Positions 29,070 through 38,403 of a stretch of 64,000 bases of DNA are shown in pieces (positions within the stretch are counted from its first letter, which is position 1; each line of letters opens with the position of its first letter). Origin of the DNA: a bacterium (lineage in GTDB: Bacteria; Electryoneota; JAOADG01); NCBI GenBank assembly GCA_963681965.1, contig OY820579.1:224001-288000 (forward strand), in the 5' to 3' direction. The position numbers and the translations under genes were made by a program. Under the pieces are notes generated by a model. The model did not search any database. It was given only the letters and a program-made list of their open reading frames with translations, and was not told the DNA's origin.

Positions 29070-29798
29070 TTATTCCAAAGGTGGCAACAACATGGCTTCC
29101 AAGCGCTTGGGATCGCAGAGTTGAAACGAGCGCCCTTTGACTTTGATTAGTCCTTCTTCCTGAAGCTTTCGCAGCGTTCGGGAGAGCGTGGCTTGATTCA
29201 TGTTGAGCATTTGCGCCATATCGGCTTTACGGAAATGGAGTTGCACCGATCTCGTTTCCGATTTTTTCGATTCCGGAGTTTCTTCATTCAATAAAAAGCG
29301 GATCACTCGGGAACTGGCATCGTTCTGAACTACAGTATCCAATTGTTCAACGAGGCGTTCGAGCCAGGTTGCCATCAATTGCATTAGAAATTTGGAGAAT
29401 TCCGGATCGGAAGCAAGATGTTCCATCACAGCGGACTTGGGAAGATAAACCAGTTCACAGTCGGTATCAGTCACCGCGGTTACCGGGAAGCGACCGAGAA
29501 AAATCGCCGCTTCGGCGAATGATTGCGTCGGTTCGGCAAAGTGAACGACGATCTCACGCCCATCGGCACGGTAGCGCAGTAATTTTACGATCCCTTTCGA
29601 GACAACATAAAAACCCTCGGCGGGATCCTGCTCGCTGAAAATGATTGTTCCTGCTTCCCAATGCTTGAGTCGTAAGAACGGAACAACTTTTTCAATTCGA
29701 TCGCGGGATATAATTTTTCCCAGCGAGCTTCGTAATACAATGTCGAGAATTTCGGACGTTGAGGACATGGCGACCTGAATTGTTACTGGTATGAACAA
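29070..29798 (-). CDS. Crp/Fnr-family regulator (HcpR/DNR/NnrR-like)
   Basis: GFYVVSKGIVKL..DGREIVV, SFAEAAIF, C-terminal HTH ...QATLSRTLRKLQEEGLI; no N-terminal FNR Cys cluster. Confidence 0.9.
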   Translation of the reverse strand: MFIPVTIQVAMSSTSEILDIVLRSSLGKIISRDRIEKVVPFLRLKHWEAGTIIFSEQDPAEGFYVVSKGIVKLLRYRADGREIVVHFAEPTQSFAEAAIFLGRFPVTAVTDTDCELVYLPKSAVMEHLASDPEFSKFLMQLMATWLERLVEQLDTVVQNDASSRVIRFLLNEETPESKKSETRSVQLHFRKADMAQMLNMNQATLSRTLRKLQEEGLIKVKGRSFQLCDPKRLEAMLLPPLE

Positions 29799-29892
29799 TA
29801 TAAAGAATATTGATCATCTGCCATCAATTGTATGGGTTATTACAAAAAATGGTTTTTGAGAACACCAAAGTTAAATAAAATAACCGAAACTG

Positions 29893-30606
29893 TTAAGCAA
29901 TTGTGTGTTCGATTAGTGCACTGGCTCGCGGAAACAGGATGTTATTCTCTTTATGAATGTGTTCATGAATATCCTGCTCCATTGCCGACAACCCATCCAA
30001 CATTGCCCGGTAACTGTTACACGCGTCGGACGGCGGGAAGTAATTATTAGTCATCTTTCGGATTTGCTGAAGATCAGCCCCAGCAGTGTCGTGTTCTTTG
30101 ATCAGCGAGTGCAATACTTCACCTGTATTCTCAATTTCAGTGCTAATTTTAGAATGACTCAATAATTCTTTAATTGTTGGAAATAAGACTTTTTCTTCGC
30201 TCTGAAGATGCCCTTCCAGTGCAATGCGGAATACTTCGAAAAACTGCTTTAGCTGCTTAAGTTCAGGATGACCATCGGCATGTCGATCGCTGACTTTAGC
30301 TACCAGTGCCGATAACCTCGGCAATTCCTCGCGCAAATACTCGTGATGTTTCGAAACAATATGGTCGACTAACAATTCCACTGGTTGATTACGCCAATCG
30401 ATGTTAATCTCGGCAGTAGCCAACCGATCGAATTCTTCGAGTGCCGCTTCCACCGTTTTGACATCACGCTTCTGCTCGGTACAAGCGTCCAATAAATTCT
30501 TGTTGCCACCGCAGCAGTAATCGAGACCGATTTTCTCGAAGAATCTTGCGCGTGCAGGTTGCTCGGCAACCAATTCACCAAGACTCGTCGATAGATAATT
30601 TCCCAT
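29893..30606 (-). CDS. ric: Iron-sulfur cluster repair di-iron protein Ric/YtfE
   Basis: ScdA_N motif GLDYCCGG; KHHEYLR, EEKVLFP, EHD, DACNSY, HIHKENNILFP. Confidence 0.95.
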   Translation of the reverse strand: MGNYLSTSLGELVAEQPARARFFEKIGLDYCCGGNKNLLDACTEQKRDVKTVEAALEEFDRLATAEINIDWRNQPVELLVDHIVSKHHEYLREELPRLSALVAKVSDRHADGHPELKQLKQFFEVFRIALEGHLQSEEKVLFPTIKELLSHSKISTEIENTGEVLHSLIKEHDTAGADLQQIRKMTNNYFPPSDACNSYRAMLDGLSAMEQDIHEHIHKENNILFPRASALIEHTIA

Positions 30607-30709
30607 TATTACCTCTGAGAATGCTTATTACTTAATAAACAGCAAATTTGTATAACACCGTTGCTGAACACGTATCAATAGATGTTACGAATCCAAAACC
30701 AGTATTTTT

Positions 30710-30723
30710 TTGATATTCATCAA
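30710..30723. promoter_or_regulatory. Crp/Fnr-type box (ric side)
   Basis: Perfect TTGAT-ATTC-ATCAA. Confidence 0.75.
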
Positions 30724-30787
30724 TTTTCTTTCCATACCGCCCTATTGAGTCGATCACCAGATGAATTTCTATTTTACGATTCTGATT

Positions 30788-30801
30788 TTGATTATTATCA
30801 A
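30788..30801. promoter_or_regulatory. Crp/Fnr-type box (hemerythrin-PAS side)
   Basis: Perfect TTGAT-TATT-ATCAA, extending to TTTTGAT...ATCAAAA. Confidence 0.75.
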
Positions 30802-30945
30802 AAACCCATACAACTGTCTTTCGTATTTATTACCGAGCACACTATTCACAATGTATCGACCGATAAATCAGTCAGATTGATTTAAGCTTCGGTTTCAACC
30901 AATAACTGAATCGATACTTACACAGTACTAATACAAGAGGAACCA

Positions 30946-31911
30946 ATGAGTAACTGGTTAGATGAATTAATGGAAGATCATGTACGCATCGAACGCGCAT
31001 TGGTCATGATCGATCGACAATTGAACCAAACCGAACATTTCGATGCCGCAACTGTCGGTGCCTTGCTGGAATTTCTATACGAGTATGGCGAGCGCTACCA
31101 CAATCAAAAAGAAGAGCAAGTTCTATTTCCGACACTCGGTTCACGCGGACTACCACTACAAGGTGGACCAATCGCGGTAATGCTGTCCGAACATGATGCC
31201 GAGCGAAATCACCTGCAAGCACTTCTTCCGGTAACGACGAATATTAAGGAAGGTCACGGGGAAGCAACAGATGAGTATCGCGATCAATTGCGTCAGTACA
31301 TCGCTTTAACGAAAGACCATATCTGGAAAGAGAACGATATTCTATATCCGATGGGAAGGCGAGTTTTAACCCCGGAAGATACTGAAGCGATCGTTGCTAA
31401 GTTCCGCGAATTAGATTCGAACTTACCGTATCAGGGGGTTGGATTCGTGGAACGATGGGAAAGTTTGTTAGAAGCAGTGGAACATGCCAGTGGTGGTCGG
31501 GTGGACTTACTCGCGTCACTCAATACCGATACCATTCGTTCAATGCTTGATGCACTACCTGTTGAATTAACCTTTATCGATCACGATGACACCGTTCGGT
31601 ACTTCAATAAGGTTTATGAAAAGAAGGTATTTCCTCGAACACTCTCAGTTGTCGGTCGAAAAGTACAACAGTGTCACCCACCGAAATCGGTTCACTTGGT
31701 CAATCGCATCCTCGGTGAGATGAAAGTAGACAAACGCGATTCAGCGGCGTTTTGGATTCCCTTCGGTGAACACCGCGAAATGCTTTTACACATCAGTTAC
31801 TATGCCGTACGCGATCCGGAACGAAAGTATCTTGGGTGTATTGAAATGACCCATGATATTGCCCCTTATCGCGCATTGGATGGTGAATCCCGAACTTTGG
31901 GTAATATGTAA
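30946..31911 (+). CDS. Hemerythrin-like + PAS_10 domain protein (DUF438-related)
   Basis: H..KEE..LFP, GPIAVMLSEH, HIWKENDILYP; then LPVELTFID..VRYFN, CHPPKSVH. Confidence 0.85.
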   Translation: MSNWLDELMEDHVRIERALVMIDRQLNQTEHFDAATVGALLEFLYEYGERYHNQKEEQVLFPTLGSRGLPLQGGPIAVMLSEHDAERNHLQALLPVTTNIKEGHGEATDEYRDQLRQYIALTKDHIWKENDILYPMGRRVLTPEDTEAIVAKFRELDSNLPYQGVGFVERWESLLEAVEHASGGRVDLLASLNTDTIRSMLDALPVELTFIDHDDTVRYFNKVYEKKVFPRTLSVVGRKVQQCHPPKSVHLVNRILGEMKVDKRDSAAFWIPFGEHREMLLHISYYAVRDPERKYLGCIEMTHDIAPYRALDGESRTLGNM

Positions 31912-31938
31912 AATAATTGTCATTACAATGTCTCTAGG

Positions 31939-31979
31939 AAGCCAACAGTAACCTATTGTTACTTGTTGGCTTTATTTTC
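31939..31979 (+). terminator. Intrinsic terminator
   Basis: AAGCCAACAGTAAC...GTTACTTGTTGGCTT followed by a T-rich tail. Confidence 0.65.
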
Positions 31980-32063
31980 TTATGTGATTATTATTATTAA
32001 TGATACTATCAATTCTATGGTTTAAGAATTGATCTGCCCCCATTATTTGTACCAGTGTCTATG

Positions 32064-32939
32064 TCACACTGGTCTCATTCCTGCGTAGCGTAGCGGAGCA
32101 GGAATGAGTGGTAACTCTGTTTCCGGTGCCGGCGGCAGATAGCCCAAAGAGCTGTGCGGTCGAATCGTATTGTAATGGTGCCGCCATTGTTCGATAATCA
32201 CCTTTGCTTCCAATATGGTATCAAAGATTTCACCCTTCAGCAACAGTTTCAACCGACAGTTAAAACTTTCGATGTATCCGTTTTCCCACGGGCTGCCAGG
32301 CGTAATAAACAAGGGTTGCACATCAACCCGGGGCAGCCACGCTAGTACCTCATTCGCCGTAAACTCAGGGCCATTGTCACTACGAACATGAATCGGTGTA
32401 CCTCGTACTACAAACAGTTCTTCCAGTACGCAAAGAACATCATCCGCCTTGATCTTCCGGGCTACCAGGATCGCAAGGCATTCCCGGGTGTATTCGTCCA
32501 TGATCGCAAAGATCTTGAACGAACGACCATTCGACGTATGCCACGTGACAAAGTCGAAGCTCCAGACATGATCCGGATGTTCCGGACGTAGACGGATGCA
32601 GGAACCATCATTCAGCCACAGTCTTCGACGCTTCTTCTGCTTCTTCGGGACCTTCAGTCCGGACTGTCGCCAGATCCGTTCCACCCGTTTGTGGTTTACC
32701 CGCCAGCCGATGTTACGGATCATCGCCGTTACGATCCGGTAGCCATACCCGCCATACTGGCAAGCCAGAAATACCACCAGCGAGACCAACGGGCCTTCGT
32801 CGGCACGACGAAGCGGTGCATACCGGTGACTCGTTCGTGGTTCGCAAAGAACCGTACAGACCCGTCGTTCCGAGACCCGATCAATGCCCAGCGAATGGCG
32901 AACAGTAAGCGCAGTCTCGCGACGCTTCGCCGGGCACAC
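32064..32939 (-). CDS. IS3 OrfB DDE transposase
   Basis: WSFDF, DEYTRECL, RSDNGPEF, PGSPWENGYIESFN, RPHSSLGY. Confidence 0.92.
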   Translation of the reverse strand: MCPAKRRETALTVRHSLGIDRVSERRVCTVLCEPRTSHRYAPLRRADEGPLVSLVVFLACQYGGYGYRIVTAMIRNIGWRVNHKRVERIWRQSGLKVPKKQKKRRRLWLNDGSCIRLRPEHPDHVWSFDFVTWHTSNGRSFKIFAIMDEYTRECLAILVARKIKADDVLCVLEELFVVRGTPIHVRSDNGPEFTANEVLAWLPRVDVQPLFITPGSPWENGYIESFNCRLKLLLKGEIFDTILEAKVIIEQWRHHYNTIRPHSSLGYLPPAPETELPLIPAPLRYAGMRPV

Positions 32940-33214
32940 TATTTTCCCTTGAGAGCCTCCTGCAGGATCTCTTTGTCCAAGGTCAGATCAGATACGACCT
33001 TCCGAAGACGGCCATTCTCGCGTTCCAGTTCCTTCAAACGCTTCGCCTGATCCAGCTTCAAACCACCGTATTCCTTGCGCCAGTGGTAGTAAGTATGTTC
33101 CTGGATGCCCAACTTCCGGCAAACTTCACGGACGCTCATCCCCTTCCCAATCTCAACTTCCGCTTCACGAAGCATCGGGATAATCTGCTCCGCAGTTCGC
33201 TTCACTCCACGCAT
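32939..33214 (-). CDS. IS3 OrfA (HTH + leucine zipper)
   Basis: VCRKLGI...YHWRKEYGG...RLKELERENGRLRK; slippery AAGGGAAAA at the junction. Confidence 0.9.
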   Translation of the reverse strand: MRGVKRTAEQIIPMLREAEVEIGKGMSVREVCRKLGIQEHTYYHWRKEYGGLKLDQAKRLKELERENGRLRKVVSDLTLDKEILQEALKGK

Positions 33215-33423
33215 GAAAACCTCCCATAAAAGGTACTACTCTGACATAGAGAGTGGTACTACTTTCGGGGGCTAGATCAACTATACAGTAATTAATTCAA
33301 AAACCAATCAATTATCTTGACAAATGTGCAAAGATCTGCTGATATTATTTTGGAGGGGTGTCTTCACGGTTGATGCCCTCATCGACTCACTACTCACTTG
33401 AAAGACCTGCTAAAGAGGTTCTT

Positions 33424-35019
33424 ATGGATACGCGCGATTCTCGGTATGGTTCTGTTCACCCCTTCCTAACAATTGTCATTGGAATTTTTCTACTCGGAAA
33501 TTTTACAATCGCAGAAGCCACGATTTCAATTACTCGTTTGTTCGGTCACCAGTACAATGGTCAAACCTGGGGTGTTCGTGCCCGTGGCGATTACCTGTAT
33601 GTAGGAAATACTTACGGCTTGTACACCTGGAATATCGCAAACATCACTGAACCAGTTTTTCAGTCGCAGCTAAACACGACCTGGACCAATGAAGTTGTGG
33701 ATCTGGATTCAATCACGGGCTTAATTGGTAGCACCTACAATGGATTAATCACATTAAATCTTTCGACTCCGAGTCAACCGAGTGTGGTTTCGATCGATCC
33801 ATCGAACAATATCGATCAGATCGTTCGAGATAACTCCTTGGTATATGTTGCCGATCGCAATGTTGGCATCAAGGTTTATACGGCGAATGCTTCCCATTCA
33901 GTTTCTCTGCTGTACACCATCCAGTATGCGGGAGCGCAAGGATTCACAATCTACAACAACCGAATTTATATCGCATCAATGAACGGGTCGATCGGAATCT
34001 ATTGGCTTCGGGGTACCGAAACGGAGCCACAATTTCTCGGTTCCATCGCGACCAATGGCATGGTCCGAAGATTATTGGTTCGTGACAATATTCTATATGC
34101 TGCCAACCAAAGTAGCGGTGTCACTATTTGGGATGTAACGAATGCAGCTAGTGCAACGGAACTTGGACATTGGTCAAATCCAACGCATACTGTTTCCTCC
34201 TATGCTGCTTTAGCCTGCGATCTTCAATTTTACGACAAATACCTCTTTGTTGCGGACTGTTGGGGCGGAATCGTGGTGCTCGATATTACCAATCCGCGTA
34301 TACCCAGAGAAGTCCTACGCTACGAACAAAGTAGTGCTGTTGAAATACGAATTCGTGGTAATTACTTATTTGTTGCCGATTACAATCTCGGTTTCACAAT
34401 TTTTCGAATTACTGAAGACGGTGGTACTCCACCACCAGCTTTTCAGGTATTATATCCCAATGGTGGCGAAGTGCTCAGAACGAACACACTCGACACAATC
34501 CGATGGGAATCCCATTCGCCCTACGCATGGGTATCAATCTTGATTAATTATAATTATCCAATAGACCAATGGCAGGTAGTCGCATACCAAGCTTCTAACA
34601 ACGGATGTTACCCTTGGGTAGTAACTGGCTACGATGCCGATAATGTTCGAATCAAAGTGTGCGCAGAAATCGAACCGGAATCCTTCGATATCTCGGATAA
34701 CAATTTCTCAATGATCGAAAATGTGGAATCGTCCATTTCCGATCGAGTGCTACCAATTAGCAGTCGTATTTCGTACGCATATCCCAATCCATTCAATGCA
34801 ACCACGACCATTTCTTTCTCTTTGCCGAAATCATCCAATACTCATCTGGATATTTTCGATAGTCGTGGACAGTTAATCGAAACGTTGCTTTCCCGACCGC
34901 TTCAAGCAGGTGAACATCGTGTTCAATGGAATGCTGAAGGGAATGCCAGTGGGACTTATTTTTATCGATTAACCAGTGAAAACCAGAGCATCAGCCGAAG
35001 GATTATTTTAGTAAAGTAA
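33424..35019 (+). CDS. LVIVD-repeat beta-propeller protein with T9SS-type CTD (paralog A)
   Basis: YLYVGN/YVAD/LFVAD..GIVVLDITNP repeats, PNGGE domain, YPNPFN..SGTYFYRL. Confidence 0.85.
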   Translation: MDTRDSRYGSVHPFLTIVIGIFLLGNFTIAEATISITRLFGHQYNGQTWGVRARGDYLYVGNTYGLYTWNIANITEPVFQSQLNTTWTNEVVDLDSITGLIGSTYNGLITLNLSTPSQPSVVSIDPSNNIDQIVRDNSLVYVADRNVGIKVYTANASHSVSLLYTIQYAGAQGFTIYNNRIYIASMNGSIGIYWLRGTETEPQFLGSIATNGMVRRLLVRDNILYAANQSSGVTIWDVTNAASATELGHWSNPTHTVSSYAALACDLQFYDKYLFVADCWGGIVVLDITNPRIPREVLRYEQSSAVEIRIRGNYLFVADYNLGFTIFRITEDGGTPPPAFQVLYPNGGEVLRTNTLDTIRWESHSPYAWVSILINYNYPIDQWQVVAYQASNNGCYPWVVTGYDADNVRIKVCAEIEPESFDISDNNFSMIENVESSISDRVLPISSRISYAYPNPFNATTTISFSLPKSSNTHLDIFDSRGQLIETLLSRPLQAGEHRVQWNAEGNASGTYFYRLTSENQSISRRIILVK

Positions 35020-35324
35020 TCGGCTTGACCGCATTCGATTATGAGTTAACTGAAAATCGTATTTGCATTCATCACATCTCAGAGAAGCGACGAATCGGCA
35101 CTCTTCGTGCAGCTTCCTTGTTTATGCAAATTACTGATTTATTGATTCATACAAACAAACACCAAACCGACTATTTTTGATATATCGGTGAAATTCCAAG
35201 AATTATTTCTGGACATGTTTTTTGTATTGACAAAAGTATCGGGTTCCGTCGATATTAAGAGTGTATTGCATTAATAGGTAGTTTTTCCAACTCACTTGAT
35301 CGCATAATAACTGCAGAGGCTGCC

Positions 35325-36911
35325 ATGAATGACATCATCCCGCGTCACAGATTCACTTTTTTTGGGATTCTGCTGGTTACTTCCATTCTCTTCAGTTCCG
35401 TTGCTCCCGCATTCGGTCAGATCAGTATCGCTCGAGTATTCAATCACCCCTACAATGGACAGACGTGGGGTATTCACGCACGCGGTAATTATCTTTATGT
35501 AGGCAATACTTATGGGTTTTACACTTGGGATATAACGGATATCGAAAATCCATCGCTTTCAAACTCGCAGGATGGAAATTGGGTAAACGATGTTGTCGAC
35601 ATCAACGATACGTACGGGTTGGTTGGTACTCAAGATGGACTTCAAACGCTGAATCTGTCGGATCCGGGATCACCAACTTTTGTCGGTACTACTGCAGGAA
35701 CATACAACGATCAGGTGATCGTGTTAAACAACTTAGTGTATATTGCCGATCGCAATGTTGGTGTTAGAATCTACAATATTGAATCACTTCCCGCGCTTCA
35801 ATTAGCTGGTACGGTTCAACTTTCCGGAGCACTCGGAATTACTTTTTACAATAATCGGCTGTATGTGTGTACTTGGAGCGGCGAAATCGTTGAATACGAT
35901 CTGTCGGTATCGTTAACTCAGCCCCAACGACGTGGTTCAGTTCAGACAAATGGGTTGGTTCGGCGAGTTTTGGTGCGGGACAATGTCTTGTATGCGGCAA
36001 ATTACAACTACGGCGTTACTTCTTGGGACGTCACAACAGCGGGACGATTTACCGCCTTGGGGCATTGGACCAATCCTACTTCAACGATGTCGGGATACTC
36101 CGCCCAAGCGCACGATATCCAGTTTTACGATAAATATCTCTTTGTTGGTGACGGTTGGGGTGGAGTTATCATATTAGATATCACCAATCCCCGATTGCTT
36201 CGCCAAATCTTCCGCTTCGAGCAAAGTGCAGGTGTAGAGTTACGTGTACGCGGTAATTACCTCTTAGTCGCCGATTACAATATCGGCTTCTCGATATTCC
36301 GCATCAGTATCACCGGAAATCCGTTACCACCGTTCCATGTGACTTATCCCAACGGTGGAGATAGTATCCGAATCGGGTCACTTGACACAATCCGCTGGGA
36401 AACGCATTCGCCCTATGCTTGGGTAACAGTATCGATCAATTACAATTATCCTACCGATGCCTGGCAAACAATTGCTTCGTCCGTTAGCAACGGGGGAATT
36501 TTACCTTGGCTCGTTACCGGGTACGATGCACAGAATGTTCGGGTAAGAGTATCCGCCGAGATTGCTCCGGATGTGAACGATATATCAGACGGTGATTTCA
36601 CCTTGTATGAAGAAGCCGAACAATCCGTGACCGACCAAGCGATACCGGCACGATTCGATTTAACGAAAGCCTTCCCGAATCCCTTCAACAATATGACGAC
36701 CATCTCGTTTTCGCTACCGAAATCCGGCGATACTCGCCTTGAGATCTTCGACAGTCGCGGCTACTTAGTAACAACACTTGTTGCCGGACAAGTCAGTGCG
36801 GGAACGCATTCGATACAATGGGATGCCCGTCAAAATGCTAGCGGAACGTATTTCTATCGACTCCGCAGTGGCGATCGGAGCGAAACCCGACGTCTCGTAT
36901 TGCTGAAATAG
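35325..36911 (+). CDS. LVIVD-repeat beta-propeller protein with T9SS-type CTD (paralog B)
   Basis: Colinear with paralog A (YNGQTWG, QFYDKYLFV, HSPYAWV); FPNPFN CTD. Confidence 0.85.
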   Translation: MNDIIPRHRFTFFGILLVTSILFSSVAPAFGQISIARVFNHPYNGQTWGIHARGNYLYVGNTYGFYTWDITDIENPSLSNSQDGNWVNDVVDINDTYGLVGTQDGLQTLNLSDPGSPTFVGTTAGTYNDQVIVLNNLVYIADRNVGVRIYNIESLPALQLAGTVQLSGALGITFYNNRLYVCTWSGEIVEYDLSVSLTQPQRRGSVQTNGLVRRVLVRDNVLYAANYNYGVTSWDVTTAGRFTALGHWTNPTSTMSGYSAQAHDIQFYDKYLFVGDGWGGVIILDITNPRLLRQIFRFEQSAGVELRVRGNYLLVADYNIGFSIFRISITGNPLPPFHVTYPNGGDSIRIGSLDTIRWETHSPYAWVTVSINYNYPTDAWQTIASSVSNGGILPWLVTGYDAQNVRVRVSAEIAPDVNDISDGDFTLYEEAEQSVTDQAIPARFDLTKAFPNPFNNMTTISFSLPKSGDTRLEIFDSRGYLVTTLVAGQVSAGTHSIQWDARQNASGTYFYRLRSGDRSETRRLVLLK

Positions 36912-36934
36912 CCGGAATTATTTGGAATATGGTG

Positions 36935-36961
36935 AAAAGCGGATCGACCGATCCGCTTTTT
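36935..36961. terminator. Bidirectional terminator
   Basis: AAAAGCGGATCG-AC-CGATCCGCTTTT. Confidence 0.8.
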
Positions 36962-36972
36962 CGTTTCAATTA

Positions 36973-38307
36973 TTATCTTCGAAGCGAGTTATTCAATTCG
37001 GAAATACTGCCGATTTGCCAATGGGATGAACTAGAATCGGGGCGAGAAGACAAAATCTTATTACAAAGCGAGTCGAGTTCCTGAGTGTGATTTTGAAGGA
37101 ATTGCGCCTCTTTAACGGGGAATGCCATATCAATTCCGCCAAACGCTACAGGAAATTGAATCAAAACGAATTTTTCATCGTTAATCATTACTTCACTGAC
37201 AGATTTCACATAGTTCACAAGTCCGGGAAGGGTATCCGGAATTTGTTCCGAAAGCGCTGGTGAATAACGATTGAGAAAAAAGTCGGTAGGGAATGCGATA
37301 TTGTCGAAATCGTTTCGGACGTTCATTGCACGAACCATCGCATTCAATCGAAATAGTTGTTCCAATCCTTTGAACCAAATGTTCTCTTCCGCTAACTGAT
37401 CGTATAGTGTAGAAAAATCGGTTGCGAATCCCTGTGCCAGCGAATCAATACCACCACTGCGTCCAAGTTTCCCATGAATGTCGGCAACCTCTTCTTCAGT
37501 AAGAAGAACTATTGGACAGGTGGAGAGCATGACAATACGATCGGCAATTTCAAAATGAGGATACGGGACAAGCAACGAATCTTCCGGTCGGAACGATTGT
37601 AAATGAAACCAGAATCGAGCATTGTTAAAAGGCGCATTATGGTGTTTCTGCTGCTGCATCATTGACTCATTACGAGCAATAAAGCGATCCAGATACGACT
37701 GAACACCGGGAAACTTGACGAGTTCAAGCGAAGCTTTTTTCATTGTATAATCGGCTTCGACCATAACTCGCGAATGATGCGAGTTGTGCGGTATTCCCCG
37801 AATTACGATCTTTTGACCACGCCAACCACGCTTTACACTATCGAGGTCGGTTGCAATCTCTTCCAACGAACGTTCTTTTTCAGATCTAATTCCCTGACGG
37901 AGAAACCGTTGCAGCGCTTTGATACTATGCGGATTCGGTTCAAGCGAGCAGTAAGGTGGCACGGAATCAAGTAATACATTTCGAAGAATATCGACAAAAT
38001 CGTCGAGATGAAGTGGAGGGTGATCGGAAGTTGTTCCAAACAAAACGATGTCTCGATTTTTCGCGTCCATGATATAGCCATCGAAATTTGTCAAGCCATA
38101 AAATCGAAGTAATGAATCGTTACTTTCTGGACGAAGCGAGTCGGTCGATTCAACAACCGACATCAATGATCGCAATGATACTGCAGTGATCGGTTTTCGG
38201 TCGTCGAGTGAGAGACCAAAGCACGGAATCGAAAACAAGGCGATGAGTATGAGTAGAAGAGTTTTGGAAAAATGTATTTTCTGGTTCACCGATTTGAAAA
38301 ATACCAT
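36973..38307 (-). CDS. DUF1598-like secreted protein
   Basis: VSLRSL, PYCSLEP, GIPHNSHHSRVMVEADYTMKK, ARFWF, FATDFST..DQLA match my recollection of DUF1598. Confidence 0.7.
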   Translation of the reverse strand: MVFFKSVNQKIHFSKTLLLILIALFSIPCFGLSLDDRKPITAVSLRSLMSVVESTDSLRPESNDSLLRFYGLTNFDGYIMDAKNRDIVLFGTTSDHPPLHLDDFVDILRNVLLDSVPPYCSLEPNPHSIKALQRFLRQGIRSEKERSLEEIATDLDSVKRGWRGQKIVIRGIPHNSHHSRVMVEADYTMKKASLELVKFPGVQSYLDRFIARNESMMQQQKHHNAPFNNARFWFHLQSFRPEDSLLVPYPHFEIADRIVMLSTCPIVLLTEEEVADIHGKLGRSGGIDSLAQGFATDFSTLYDQLAEENIWFKGLEQLFRLNAMVRAMNVRNDFDNIAFPTDFFLNRYSPALSEQIPDTLPGLVNYVKSVSEVMINDEKFVLIQFPVAFGGIDMAFPVKEAQFLQNHTQELDSLCNKILSSRPDSSSSHWQIGSISELNNSLRR

Positions 38308-38403
38308 CTATTGAAATCTCCAAGTAAGGAGTATGTGCAATAAAAAACACTTGAAATGTAATAATATCAAGTAAAATTCAATACATCGACATAATTAATG
38401 TTA

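Larger units (their letters stand above)
32030..33279 (-). mobile_element. IS3-family insertion sequence (~1.25 kb)
   Basis: TG...CA ends with ~38-bp imperfect IRs (TGATCTGCCCCC..GTACCA..CTATGTCA versus TGATCTAGCCCCC..GTACCA..CTATGTCA); orfA and orfB in -1 frames. Confidence 0.92.

Noticed and set aside
29810-29828. TTGAT...ATCAA upstream of the Crp/Fnr gene
   Set aside because: The half-sites are 8 nt apart rather than 4; not a canonical box.
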